In this document: piece by piece, positions 11,072 through 47,299 of the stretch
Numbering within the stretch: the stretch's first letter is position 1
Layout of the letters: every line of letters starts with the position of its first letter
NCBI GenBank assembly: GCA_013239625.1
Contig: MU056134.1
Coordinates: 4,976,714 to 5,040,713 of the forward strand
Reading direction: 5' to 3'
Source: Lama guanicoe
Lineage: Eukaryota
DNA: 64,000 nt
Made by a program: the position numbers and the translations under genes
The notes under the pieces: generated by a model
Databases searched by the model: none
The model's input: only the letters and a program-made list of their open reading frames with translations
Told to the model about the DNA's origin: nothing

Positions 11072-13190
11072 TAGGTGCCATGTTATAGATCTTACCTCAT
11101 TTAATCTTCACAGGTGTATTACCAGGTAAATATAGTTTTACCAGTGCAGAACAGAAAAGTTTAGTAGCTGCCTGAATTCTTAAAGCTAGTAAATAATTTG
11201 AGGATAGGAATCCAGCTTTTTTTCGCACCTGTTCCTTTTACTAGCATTACAACTGCGTTTAGCTCTTAGGAGATAACTCTACTTTTTGGAGAGATGTAGG
11301 GATGACTTCCTCTAAAAAGAGGGTTAAAAAGCTTTTGTCCTCTGCTTACTTCATTTCTTCCTTTACTCTTGCTTGTCAGTTCCAGGAAGTTTCCTTCTAT
11401 GTCCTTCAAGCATGGTAGTGATGAACAGAAGTGTCTGCCATCTGCTGGAATTTCAGTGATTAGCAGGCCTTTTTATTTTTAGAAACTTCTGGATTTTTTC
11501 CTCATTTGCTTTAGGGAGTTAATGTTGAACATTTAGGGATACCAGGTTTGTGCCAGACATGGCCCATAATATTAAAAGACTTGATCTCTTTTACAAAGAT
11601 TTGTCTCAGTAAGCTGAGGCCACATCTAGTGGAGCTCCATCTCTGCCTCCTCCCTTATTCCACTTCAGTTGCATTGATCCCTTGAGGTCTCTCCAGAAAG
11701 AAGTAGACAAATGATAAAATCATTTCATACTATTGAGATAGTTGGGAGTAGAATAGGAAGAAAGAAAGGAAGTGATAAGGAACAGCTGAGTAAAGGGAAC
11801 AGCTTGTACAACATAAATGAGAGTAAAGATGTGCTGCAAGGTGCCACTTAGTGGCTTGGTCATCATTTTCACTAAGCTGTTGAGCTTTCCCTGAAGGTTC
11901 ATAGACAGAACATGTTGAGGCTGCAGATAATGGGGATGGTGGAACTATGGTATTTGAAAGGTAAGCATGAACTTGAAAAAAACAGTGGTGGAGCCCTTGG
12001 GGAGATGTGAAATGACTGATGAGACAGCTGGATAAGGAGGAACCAATTGGATGGGTAAAAGCAACTTTGGGCAACCTAGGTGAAAATTGAAATGGTGAAA
12101 TCTGAAGGGATGGAAAAGATGGTCTTCAGGTGAAGTGAATCTGAAGGATGTTTATGGAGATTAGGATGTCAGAGCAAAGGGATATGAAGTACTTATTTTG
12201 AAATCCTCACAATGTCTTTAGCTTGTACTGTGTTAGAATCACTGTACTAAAGTTGGAAGGAATCTTTGTCCAATTCCTTCATGTCACAGAGAAGGAAACA
12301 AGCAAAATAAAGCTAACCTTGAATTCTCTATTTTACACAATTATGTTTGCTTCCCAGATAAATTGTTGTTGAAGGGCAAGAACAATATCTTCTACTTCTG
12401 TAGTATCCCTCTAGCCCAGTGCCTAGACTGCTATTCACGGTAGACGCTGAAAACTGCAATGAAAGGCCCAGAATGGTGTTGGCCACACAGCAGCTCAACA
12501 CATACTGACTAGAACAATATTCAGTGAATAAGCTAAAAACTCATTCCTTTGTGGATGGAATGAGATGGGATTTTGAGGCCTTTTAATTGGTTTAATTGGT
12601 TGGCCCTTAGTTTCCTCCTTAATGATTTTCACACAAGGCTCTCGAATAAGATAGAATAACTACTTCGTATGACCCAGGGGTATAACATCCACAGTGGCTT
12701 CCGTCCGGGCCCTAAGTGGCCAAGCTGACTCTATAACTACCCCGGGAAACTGCTTTGGAAACAGAACTCTCCACGGCACAAAGGCGACAGCCAGGTCCAC
12801 AGTCAGCTAAGGAAGCCGGCTCAGACTCTGGCTCAGGGTTCTGCATTTCCGGGCTCTGAAGGGTGCGCCCGAGGGCGGGGCATCTGTGTCAGTCCGCTCA
12901 AAGGCCGCCTCCTCTCTCACTCCTTCCGGAGCCACGCCTTTACTTCGCGCAAGCAGCCGGTCGGCCCTGCGGGATCGCGGGCGCCGGGCGGGGCGGGGCG
13001 GGGCATGGAGACAGCTGGCTGGCTGGGTGGCTGGCTGCGAGGGGCGGGGCTCACGCGCGCCAACGCTTCCTTGCCCAGTGCTGTCCCTGCGCGTGCAGCT
13101 GGTCGGCCCGCGGCGGCGCAGCTCAGAGGCGGCGGGGGGGCGCCCCGGCAGGGCGGGGGCCAGAGCGGGCCGGGCCGGGCCGGGGCCGGA

Positions 13191-36700
<23,510 letters not shown>

Positions 36701-37045
36701 TCCGGCAATCCGAGAGAGGCTGCAGTACAGGATTTGACTCTGGCTCAGGCCCCAGGGACTTGGGGGATGGGAGGTGCTTCCCTTCATCCTTCAGGATATG
36801 TGGGGGTTAGGAGCCTACAGGGTACTGTGGAGAGACGCCTTGCTCTTTAGCAGCTGGCCTGTTCCCTGCAGAACATGGTGGATAATGCTGAGTTCTACCT
36901 CACACTGATCAGCAGGCCCAGGGCCAGAGGTATCAAGAGAGCAAGATCAAGAGAATGCCCCAGGGCTAGAATCTGCTTACCTTGGGGTCAGTTGAAAGGG
37001 TGGGGGGACAGTTCTGATCAAGTGTGATAAATTTTTATAAATAGA

Positions 37046-37082
37046 CATATATATATATATATATATAAATATACATATATAT
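37046..37082. repeat. (TA)n microsatellite in the BLTP2 3' UTR
   Basis: catatatatatatatatatataaatatacatatat. Confidence 0.85.
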
Positions 37083-37747
37083 TTCTACGTGTTAACTGCT
37101 TTCCCTCTGTGCCAGAAAGTGGAGGGGGTTTATCGTCTATCCCTCATTCCACTGCCTTCTATGAAAGAGGTATTAGTGTTCTGAGGGAAATCAGCCCCTC
37201 CCTAATCTGTGCCAAACTCACTTGAGAGAATGGCAGTAGGAGACAGGGCTGGCCATGGGTCCCTCCCCCTGGGATATCCCCTGAAGAGTGGTAAAAAATG
37301 ATTTAAAGAGAAAAAAATATATTTTAAATTTGATGCTGGTTTTTTTTTTTTTTGGATTGTATTGAGTGCATGGTTTCAACCTGTATCCTTCCCTCCCCAT
37401 CAACCCAAGATACACCTTCTAGCTGCAACTCTAATGAGGGTGGCCTCTTCCCTCCTGCCCAAAGCTCTGTCACAGATACCTCCCAGTTCTGAGGTAACAC
37501 TGGTCCCATGCTGATAACAGCTCTTGAGACCAGTGCACATTTTAGTCCTGGCTCTAAGCCTATTCTTAACTAGGGGGCATAGAATTTGGAGATAAGGGTG
37601 AAGTTTGGCTGCATTATTTGCATCTCTAGTCATGAACTGCAAAGAAAATGCAGGGCTCATGTGTAATGCAGCATGGGGTGGGGGAGGGAGGAACTGCTTA
37701 TGTAACTGGGACAGCAGATTTAGCAGGAGAGGAGGCAGAGGCTGGGG

Positions 37748-40700
37748 ATGGGAGCAGTGAGCTGTCGGCAGGGGCAACATGTCCAGATGGCTGCTCCTCG
37801 TAAGGTAGGCTATGGGGTCTGGCAGCCTGTTTAGGGGAGGTGAAGGAGGCATGGGAACTGACTGGTGATGTTAGGTGTCCATTATACGGGTGGGGCGGGG
37901 AGGTTTTACCATGAAAGTATCCCAGCCTTATAATGAGAGGTACAGGCTGAATCTCTGGTGGGGAAAATGTCTAAATACGCTTTCCTAGAGGATTTTAATT
38001 AGGTCCAAGAAACCTAGGTAGGCCTTGGCCCAAAGCAAGGGTAGTGACACTTTTGCCTGGGGCTTAAAAATACATCTCTAGGGTTGAGATTTGAAGGAGT
38101 GCCTGCTAAGATAGGCAGAACTTGTAATGCCTCAGGGGCAGAAGCTTTAGTGGCTCCCTTGGTTCTCAGCAGGGTGGCAACAACCGGGGCCCCTGGGTCC
38201 GAGGCTGGAGGAGCCTCTGGTCAGGCATGGGGACAACCAGATCAGGTCTGGATGAGCTGTGGGGACTTCAGAGGCATCAGTGCCTGCACCAGGAATCTCT
38301 GGAGCCAGCCCCACTGCTAGTAGAGAAGCCTCTGCCTGAATGGCCAGTGCCTCAGTTCATCAACCTCTTTCTGCCGGAGTTTCCCATTAGGCCCCTTAGG
38401 GGGCATCAGCAGCTGAAGGTAGGTCAATGGAATCCTTGGAAAGAGTCTCAGTCTTGGGGAGAAATCTAGAAACAACCAGAGTCTCAGTTGCCCTGTTCTC
38501 CATTTCTCTGTACAGATTTTAGGCCTTGTGGCTAAAGGCTCCTTTGGAACTGTCCTCAAGGTGCTAGACTGTGGCCAGAAAGCAGTATTTGCAGTGAAGG
38601 TAGGGACCTAGGTACAATTTCACATTATTTTCTGGTCCCTGCCTCCAATCTTGATTCCAGAAAGGTTGGGAGGAATTCAATAGTACTATTTCCTTCTAGG
38701 GGTCATCACGCCTCTCCTTTTATAGGTGGTGCCCAAGGTAAAGGTCCTACAGAGGGACATCCTGAGGCAGTGTAAAGAGGAGGTTAGCATCCAGGTATGC
38801 ACAGAGCCCTGGAAAAGATCCTATGAAGGACTAAACCATAGGTGGAGAAAGCACCTTTCTTGTCCAACTGTCTTGTTCTTCCTGGTTCTGATCCCTCCCT
38901 GTGCTTCAACCAGAGCAGATCCCAGGAAAAGAAGCTACAGGCAGAGTAATTCTGGGTCCTGCCAGGAAAATCTCTCCAGCATGTCCCAGTGTGTTCTATA
39001 GTACTGAGATTACCAGGCAGGCATGCCCAACTATTTAGTTCACCTGAAGTGAGAGATGGAAGCATCTGTTTCCTTTCTGCACAACTAGGTAAATCCTGAC
39101 TTGTTGGTTGCCTTGATCCTCAGTGACCCTGTTCCTAACTTCCTGTCTTCTTCATTCATAGCGAAAGATCAACCATCCTTTCATACACAGTCTGGGGGAC
39201 AGCTGGCAGGGAAAACGGCACCTCTTCATTAGTGAGTGACTGGCTTCTCTCCTCATTCCCAGGGGTCCTTCTACTGTACTCCGCACCTGAGATTACCCAT
39301 CCCTTTGGTCTGTTCTACCTTTGCTCTGTTCCCCTTCTCATAGTACTTTCTCCCAGAGGGAAGAGAGAATAGCAGGTGGCATCAGCTTGGGCAGGAGGCA
39401 TACAATGCCTTGAGCCCAGGCCTAGTAGCCTCCAAATATTGCCTAGACTTCTGGTGCTTTGCAGTGTGCAGCTACTGCAGCACAGACCTGCACTCCCTGT
39501 GGTCCACTGTTGGCTGCTTTGCTGAGGCTTCCATCCGCCTCTTTGCTGCTGAGCTGGTCCTGGTGCTGTGTAAGTGAAACAGAAGTGGTAATGGAAGTAA
39601 GGGAAGAATTAAGGGGGGAGGGAAGCAGAGAGAGGAGAACTGATACTAACTTTAGATGTCAAAGAACAGGGACAGGAATGGGGTGGGAGCTACCAGGGAA
39701 ACTGAAAAGGACAGGAGACCTTCAGCACACACCATGCTTGCTGTCATCCACAGGTTATCTCCATGACTTGGGCATCATCCATCGAGATGTGAAGGTAGTT
39801 AAATACTTTTTCTTTTTGTCTGAGGAGGGATTTCAGTAAGAAGTTGCAACAGGTCCAAGAAATCTGCTGAGAACAGTTGACCTTGGGGCCTTCATGGGTG
39901 TTGAGGAATTTGGACAAGGGCCCTCCAAGTATAGTTGAATGCGGAGTAAAGTGTCTTCAGGTGGGAGGTGTACAGGATGAAAGAGGGTTGAAAGGAAGAG
40001 GATGAATAATAACTTCTCACCTGTGATTTTTCAGATGGAGAATATCCTTCTGGATGAGCGAGGTAAGTCCTTTTCTTTTCCTAGTCCCAGAATGAGAGGT
40101 ACCTCAGACTGGGATTAAGTCACAGCTGAAGAGACATGGAATAGAGTGGTGCTGACGCCTTATTTTTCACAGGCCATCTGAAATTGACAGACTTCGGTCT
40201 GTCCCGCCACCTGCCCCAGGGAGCCCGAGCGTATACTATCTGTGGCACTCTTCAGTACATGGGTGAGAGAGAGGCTGAAGCTGATGGGTAAGCATTGGGA
40301 AGGAGGATAGCCAACAGATGTCAATGACAAGTATTTTTCAAATCTGTAGCCCCAGAGGTCCTGAGTGGAGGGCCTTACAACCATGCTGCTGATTGGTGGT
40401 CCCTGGGTATCTTGCTTTTCTCTCTGGCAACTGGAAAGGTGAGAGAATGGTAGTGATGTTTGGCAGAGAAGAGAGGAGTTGCCCTGTGGTGGGAAGAAGG
40501 AAGACCTTAGGAAATCTTGCTTTATTCTTACAAAGCAATGACACCCTCCCATCCTTAACTCAGTTCCCAGTGCCCGCAGAGAGAGATCATGTGGCCATGT
40601 TGGCAAGTGTGACCCACTATGACTCTGAGATCCCAGCTTCTCTTAACCAGGGGCTTTCACTCCTGCTCCATGAGGTAAGGGTGAGCTTTACTTTCCTTCT

Positions 40701-41333
40701 TGACTACAAACTGTTCACTTTTTTCCCTATCATTGAAGTGATATTTCCTCATTCCTCTGATTAATTATTGTTGGTGGGAGGCGGTGGCAGGGGGAGCTTC
40801 AACTTGATCAAGTACTAACCTCACTACTTGCCCTCTAAGCAGCACTTCAAATTTTATTCGTCCTCCAAAGCTCCTCCCCATCTGTAACAGGTCACTTCTG
40901 AGAGAGTGGGCCACAGCTCCTTTATATCCTACCTTTGCCCCCAAATTAGCCTGTTTCTCCCACTTTTCCACATTCTCTACTCTTTCGGGTTCTTCTCCCT
41001 GCCCTCCACAGATCCATGAACTTATAATTTCTTTCTCCTTTTCCAGCTTCTCTGTTCAGTCCTTTTCCTATCCCAGTCCCTCATCCTTCATGCTTTATTT
41101 CCCTTCAGCTCTTATGCCAGAATCCCCTCCACCGTCTACGTTATTTGCATCACTTCCAGGTCCACCCTTTCTTTCGGGGTGTGGCCTTTGACCCAGAGCT
41201 CCTACAGAAGCATCCAGTGAACTTTGTCATGGAAACACAAGCTACCCAGCCCAGTCCATCATCGGAGTCTATGTTCTTCAAGGACTTTGACTGTAACCTG
41301 GAGTCCTACCTGGTCCACCTCAGCCTTGCATGA
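37748..41333 (+). CDS. RSKR: Ribosomal protein S6 kinase-related protein (SGK494), 405 aa. Exons: 37748-37804, 38170-38418, 38516-38599, 38726-38794, 39162-39231, 39465-39569, 39754-39794, 40035-40062, 40173-40262, 40350-40438, 40564-40674, 41109-41333
   Basis: Starts [11 protein letters not shown]. Kinase motifs intact: AKGSFG, FAVK, alphaC Glu (CKEE), [29 protein letters not shown]. Spliced ORF is 1218 nt with all junctions GT-AG. Syntenic between BLTP2 and SPAG5. Confidence 0.95.
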
Positions 41334-41990
41334 GCTCCTCTACTGTAGATGGGGGCCATCTAGGAACCTGAGGACCTCTTCCAGTATCAACTCAGTATGA
41401 CCACCTACATAATCCAGTTTGTTTTTACTTTGCAGCCTCTTATCATTCTGTTAATGTAGGTGCTGGACCAGAGTTCAGATCTTGGGCATTCTGCTATTGG
41501 CAGCTATGGTGTCCTAGTCCTTACCCCATCATACAGCCCATCTCTCAATTTAACATCTCAGATCACAATGTTGACCTTTTCCATTGTTTCATTTCTCCAG
41601 TGCTTATACCCTGAAGCTTTTAGCCAGAAGCTTATTCCACTTTTCCTTCTCCTTGTTTCTCTGCCATGTTTCCTTTTGTGAGCAAAAATAACACTTCATG
41701 GGTTCCAAAGGTGCTATTTTGTGTTGAATAGTCCTGTCAGAAGCAGTATGAATGTTTTTCAGAGGTCTCAAAAGCTAGCATTTCAATCCCTAAATATGCA
41801 GGTAAAACATATGATCTAGGGGCTCAAAGGCAGTCTAATTTTTAAAAATTTAAAAAGTCTGATAGCCTACTGTGAGGAAGAGAATAAGAAATGAAACATG
41901 GGTGGGTTAAATGTCCCTTCTAGGGGTAATTAACATAGCTATCCACTTTTTCCCCAAAACAAAACCTCTTTGAAAGACATAAGGATTCTT

Positions 41991-42165
41991 TTTTAAAAAA
42001 TTTATTTATTTTATTAATTTTGGGTGGCGGGAGGAGGTAGTTATTTTATTTTATTTTAATTAATTAATTAATTAATTAATTTCAATCCCCAGGATGGATT
42101 GAACCTAGGACCTTGTGCATGCTAAGCATGTGCTCTACCACTTGAACTATACCCTCCCCTCTGAG
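41991..42165 (-). mobile_element. Vic-1-like SINE, 12-bp TSD ATAAGGATTCTT (41979-41990, 42166-42177)
   Basis: gattgaacctaggaccttgtgcatgctaagcatgtgctctaccacttgaactatacc with an (AATT)n tail. Confidence 0.8.
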
Positions 42166-44209
42166 ATAAGGATTCTTAAACTGATCATTTTCCTAGATGG
42201 CCCAGGATTCAGTTTGTGATGGGCAAGCCAAGGGGGTTATGACATCAACCTTGAGATTTAAGGTTAGAGATGTAACTCAGGAATGTTTTCCTTTAGTAAG
42301 GGAAATTATCTTGACCTTAAATTTGTATATATTTCTGGCCTTTATGACTTCTTTTCATTTTTCTTAAACTAACTTCTGAAAAGCTTCATTTTCATTATTT
42401 TTTAGTTATATCTGATCTCTCTTTTCAGACCAAAGAGTCTGGGAAGTACTCTGTGTAGTATATATAGTCATTTTGTTGCTGGATTAAGCCAGATTTTTCC
42501 CTGTACATAGCTGGCATTTTTTTGGCCTCTGCAGAACTGCTTTTTCTGGATTGCACTTTGGCAATCCATATGAAAATCCCTATGAAATTTAATTGTTGTA
42601 GATACCGTAAAGGGTTGTTTATCATTATAATTCATAACTCATAATGTTCTATTTAGGATACTTGGGAGAATTTCCTTTGAACTCAGTTATGCTTTTCCTG
42701 AATTGCTGTTTGGTTTTTATCTTCAAGACACTATATATTCAACTGACTCTATTTTTCTTTCCATACTGATGCTAGACCACTTAGAGCCCAGTTTGTGGCC
42801 CACCTTCAGAAAGTGTTGAGGACCTCATGTTATGTGTTTTGTATGCCAGCCACGTTCTTGGTTCCATCTTCCTTTTCTACGTTTACTTTCCTCATTCTCA
42901 TTTTTCTGTTTTAATCTTTTTTTAAAAATTTTATTAGATTATCTGCATCTTTGTAAGCCTTTTAGAATGAGGTTAGGGTATAAATAAATAAAAGAATGTA
43001 TCCTTAATCCTTTTGATTATCTCATTTGTTTCTCTTTAGATACTTTTTTAGCTTTATTATATATTTTAAAAGTTTTAATAACCAGAACTTCACATTGGAT
43101 AAAGACTCTGAATACTAAGAATAGGAATTAATGGCTTCTAAAATAGTAGTTAAGAGTATTAGATTGGAATTTAGGAGACCTGGTGCCTTGATCCACCAAT
43201 AAATATCTCAGTGTCTTTATACAAGTCATTTTAACTCTGGATTTTAGTTTCAACTAATGTATAAATGAGGGGATTATAACCACTGGTTCTTAATTGTGGG
43301 GGATGAGTTTCAGATTTCTGTGATGTTGTTTCAAAGGGCAGATGCAGATGATTTTATGACACTGTGTGTTTGGCCCAGTGTTAATGTTTAGGTGACCCAA
43401 CATTATATAGCCTCTCTGATCACAGCAGCATATTGGGTTAAGTTCTTTTGGACATGGTTAACATAATGTCACTAGGGTCCCTTTCCTAGGTCATGTTAGA
43501 TAGCTTAGAGACTGTGATCATGTAAGTGTAGTTTGAATCATTTCTTATCATATGAGGACATTTTTTAACATACTCTCTTCAATCAGTGGTGCATTACAGC
43601 AGTGATTCTCAGAGTAGAATGGAGGTAGTGATAGAAAATCAAAGTTTCAGAAAATATAACTTGAAACAGCACTGCTTCCACTCCTCGCCCTACCCCTAGT
43701 TTTGATATGCTTATCCCTGGAAGGCAGTCTTTCTTGCCACCCTCCATCCTCATTCAGAATCACTGACCTTTAAATATGATACCTTCTACTTATTCACATG
43801 AAATTCAGTTTGAAAAAAATTTTTATATACAACCTGAAATGATCTTTTAGTAGTCCTATATTTTGATTTTTCATTACCTAGAAGAAATCAGATATACCTT
43901 TAAGTATGGATATTTTATTCTACTCCTTTCTGTCTTTTCTAAGAATTTAAGATTAGTCTTAACACCAGTTCTCATATTCTTCTTTTGAGAAAAGTGTCCT
44001 TACAGTTCTACTTAGTGTTTTTTATGCCTAACCTAAGTTATTTTATCATATATTGATCTGTTCATTTGTTCACTTGTTCATTGATTTAATAAACTGGTAA
44101 CCTCAATTTCTTGATTTACTTCTTTAAATAGTCTTCAATGTAAAAATCTTGTCAAAGCTTGAAAAATTTTTTAATTAAATAAAATCATATTCACTGTGTT
44201 ATTGGCCCC

Positions 44210-44610
44210 TGTAATGGGCTGAATTGTGCTGCCTCCCTATTCATATATTGAAATCCTAATCCCCAGTACTTCAGAATGTGACTGTATTTGGAGATAGGGT
44301 CTTTACAGGCATAATTAAGTTAAAATAAGGTCTTATGGGTGGGCCCTAATCCTATATGACTGGTGTCCTTATAAAGAAGAGGAAATTAGGAAACAGACAA
44401 ACACACAGGGAAAACCNNNNNNNNNNNNNNNNNNNNNNNNNNNNNNNNNNNNNNNNNNNNNNNNNNNNNNNNNNNNNNNNNNNNNNNNNNNNNNNNNNNN
44501 NNNNNNNNNNNNNNNNNNNNNNNNNNNNNNNNNNNNNNNNNNNNNNNNNNNNNNNNNNNNNNNNNNNNNNNNNNNNNNNNNNNNNNNNNNNNNNNNNNNN
44601 NATTGTGATA
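44210..44610. mobile_element. MaLR LTR (MLT1B-like), partly N-masked
   Basis: tgtaatgggctgaattgtg...tcagaatgtgactgtatttggagatagggtcttta...ggtgggccctaatcc...actggtgtccttataaaga. Confidence 0.8.
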
Positions 44611-44954
44611 AGATTAATCAGGAATGACTATTTTACTTACAAAAAAGCATGCTACCTTCTTCCCTATAGGTTGGTTTTGTTTATATTATGAGATATCATT
44701 ATTTCAGATTTCATTGGCCTCTCCATGAGTTTTACTGGTTTATGGAGCCCCACTGATTAGCAGCTGTCACACTGCCTCCTTTGTTCAGTACCTCATCATA
44801 CACAGTAGCAGGGCTAATAATTCCAGTTTTATCCTTGAGTTCACTCAGAATTGCCTAGTGGATACTTAGAGGTGCTGTCTGGGCTATGTAATTATATTTT
44901 TGCAAATTAAACACTCTCTAATCCTAAAATTTAAAAACTACATTGTTTCTAAAA

Positions 44955-45370
44955 GTTGGACTCTTACTTCACATCATATACAAAACTTAATTTTAGCTAC
45001 ATCTAGCAATTAAATGTGATCATCAAAACATTAAAAATCTTAGAACATCTGGGAGACTAGGCCTACAAACAGATGGAGGAGATAACTTAAACCAAGACAG
45101 AAAATGAAAACACTATAAAAGAAAAAAATATTTACATAAAAAACTTGATGAATGAATCAACAGGATAAGAAATCCAGATGTTCTGAAAGGAAAGAAACAC
45201 CTTGACCATAAAAGTTTTATCTTTGTGTGGCCAAAGATATCATTAATAAAGTCAAAGGACAAAAAATAGATCTAAAGAAAAATATTTGCAATGTGATGAC
45301 AATGTCTGTAACACAGAACTCTTACAAATTAGAAAAGAAAAATAAACTTTTTTAAAGAAGGGCAAGGAAG
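44955..45370 (+). mobile_element. Degenerate L1 ORF2 fragment
   Basis: A-rich; ggactcttacttcacatcatatacaaaa...aaaatatttgcaa...gaactcttacaaatt. No open frame. Confidence 0.55.
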
Positions 45371-45510
45371 ATGACGTAATGAATCAATTAATTAGATCTG
45401 TAATAGTGTTAAGCTCAGAAGGCTCTGTATAAGATACTGAGTGGGGGAAAAAATGCAGAAAGTGTAAGAAATGATGCCATTTCTGTAGAGGACTCAATGC
45501 TTTCTTCCTC

Positions 45511-45541
<31 letters not shown>

Positions 45542-45576
45542 TGAGAGAGAGATAGAGACAGAGACAGAGACAGAAA
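45511..45576. repeat. Compound (GT)n(GA)n(GACAGA)n microsatellite
   Basis: gtgtgtgtgtgtgagagagagagagagagagtgagagagagatagagacagagacagagacaga. Confidence 0.9.
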
Positions 45577-46332
45577 GAGGGAGACAATGTGAAAAAGAAA
45601 ACCTGGAAGGGAGAGAGGAGTAATGCAAGTGTAAAGAAAAGGGGAAAAAAAGGCACTAGGCCTCAACCCCATAGACCCCAGTTTGCACATCAATTAATTT
45701 GGGGGAAAAAAATAAAAACAAAATGTGTGTATATGTGTGTGCACACATATGTTTTTATAAATGTATACACACTATTGTTTATCTCAAGTGGGTATAATGG
45801 ATGGAGGAGGCTTTGCCTTTAATATGTCTTTGCATTGTATTGTTTCATTTGCTACAAGCATCTATTTTTTATCATTTGAAAAACACCAAATTAAAAAAAA
45901 TCATACAAAACACCAACAAATTAATTCTGCTTATGTTGCCTATTTACAATAGTATTTTCCCTTCCTCTACCTCTCCACATACCTCCTAATTTGCTGCTGG
46001 AAGCAACATATCCCTTTGGCTACTCACCTGACATCTGACATACCAACTGCAACAAGGACTAACCATTCATTCCAAGTCACACTTTCTATAATAAGCTTTC
46101 ACTACTGGCACTTAAAGAGTTTTCTGTCTTGGTTTTTCTGCCCCTTCACCCTTATTTTATTTGCTGGATCTTTTGGATTGACTAGAAGTACATATACCTT
46201 GGGATTCCCTCTGCTGAGTCTTGGGGAATCCCAGGCTCAAGTTTGTGTTCTTATGTTGTTTTTCTCCCAGTTTTACATTCAAACAACTGTTATCTTTACT
46301 GCCTTTAGGCTGGGGCCATTATGTTTTTAGAG

Positions 46333-46637
46333 TGGTGTTGTCCAATAGAAATAATATAAGTCTCATAAATAATTTAAAATTTGCTAGTAGTCACATTAAA
46401 AATTAGGTAGAAAGAAAGATGAAATAAATTTTAATGTAATTTAACCTGATCTATCTAAAATGTTTCAACATGTAATCAATATTTAAAAATAAGATATTTT
46501 ACATCCTTTTTTTTCATACAAAGTCATCGAAATTCAGTTTGTATTTTACACCTATAACACATCTCAATTTGGACTAGCCACATTTGAAGTGCTCAATAGC
46601 CACATGTGGCTACTGGCTACGGTACTGGACAACACAG
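46333..46637. mobile_element. MER33-like hAT-Charlie MITE
   Basis: Terminal inverted repeats gtgttgtccaata ... tactggacaacac. Internal ggactagccacatttgaagtgctcaatagccacatgtggcta. Confidence 0.8.
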
Positions 46638-46929
46638 TTCTAGAGGAGCCCCTCCCCTGAGAGCCTTGTAGTTAATAATACAGTTTTTCCTGTTTGGATT
46701 ATTGCCTTTTCCAAATTCATTAAGACCTCAGAGTGTAAATAAGGTGCTGGGAGTGTTAAAAGGAACATAATTTATCATAAACTATAACTCTAAATACTTA
46801 CCTTTAGGCTGTTGCCAAAAATCAGCTCCATCTGCGGTAGCTAATTTCCCGCACTGGGGATTCAAGCGACAGTAGAATCCTTAGTATGTTGTTAGTGTGG
46901 GTTGCTCGCTTGACTCGACCATTTGCTAC

Positions 46930-47215
46930 CTGTGGGGCATTGGGCAAAAGACATTATTTGTGACTCAGTTCCTTCATCTGTAAAATGGGGATATTTCCGG
47001 TACCTACTTCATAGGCCCTTGTGGGGATTAAAGGAAGTTTACGTATAACTAAAGTGGTAGAGCTCATGCTTAGTCTGGGTTCAATCCCCAGTACGTCCGT
47101 TAAAAATAAGTAAATAAAACCTAGTTACCCACCCCAATAAACCAAAACAAACAAAAAGGATTAAAGCCTTTTGGCAGAGTGCCAGGTGCCTAATAAGTGC
47201 TCAGTGCTTGTGACC
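46930..47215 (+). mobile_element. MIR interrupted by a Vic-1-like SINE (about 47040-47157)
   Basis: MIR core ctcagttccttcatctgtaaaatgggg, then gtggtagagc...ctgggttcaatccccagtac...taaataaaacctagttaccc. Confidence 0.7.
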
Positions 47216-47299
47216 TATTACTGTTAAACTTGTAGCCGGTTCTGAGGGAAGTCCCAAGAAAACACCGGAAATCCTGAAAAGGCTAAATTACAGCGCAGC

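Noticed and set aside
37748-41333. RSKR as a pseudogene or pseudokinase
   Set aside because: All 12 exons splice in frame without stops, and the Lys, HRD, DFG and APE motifs are intact.
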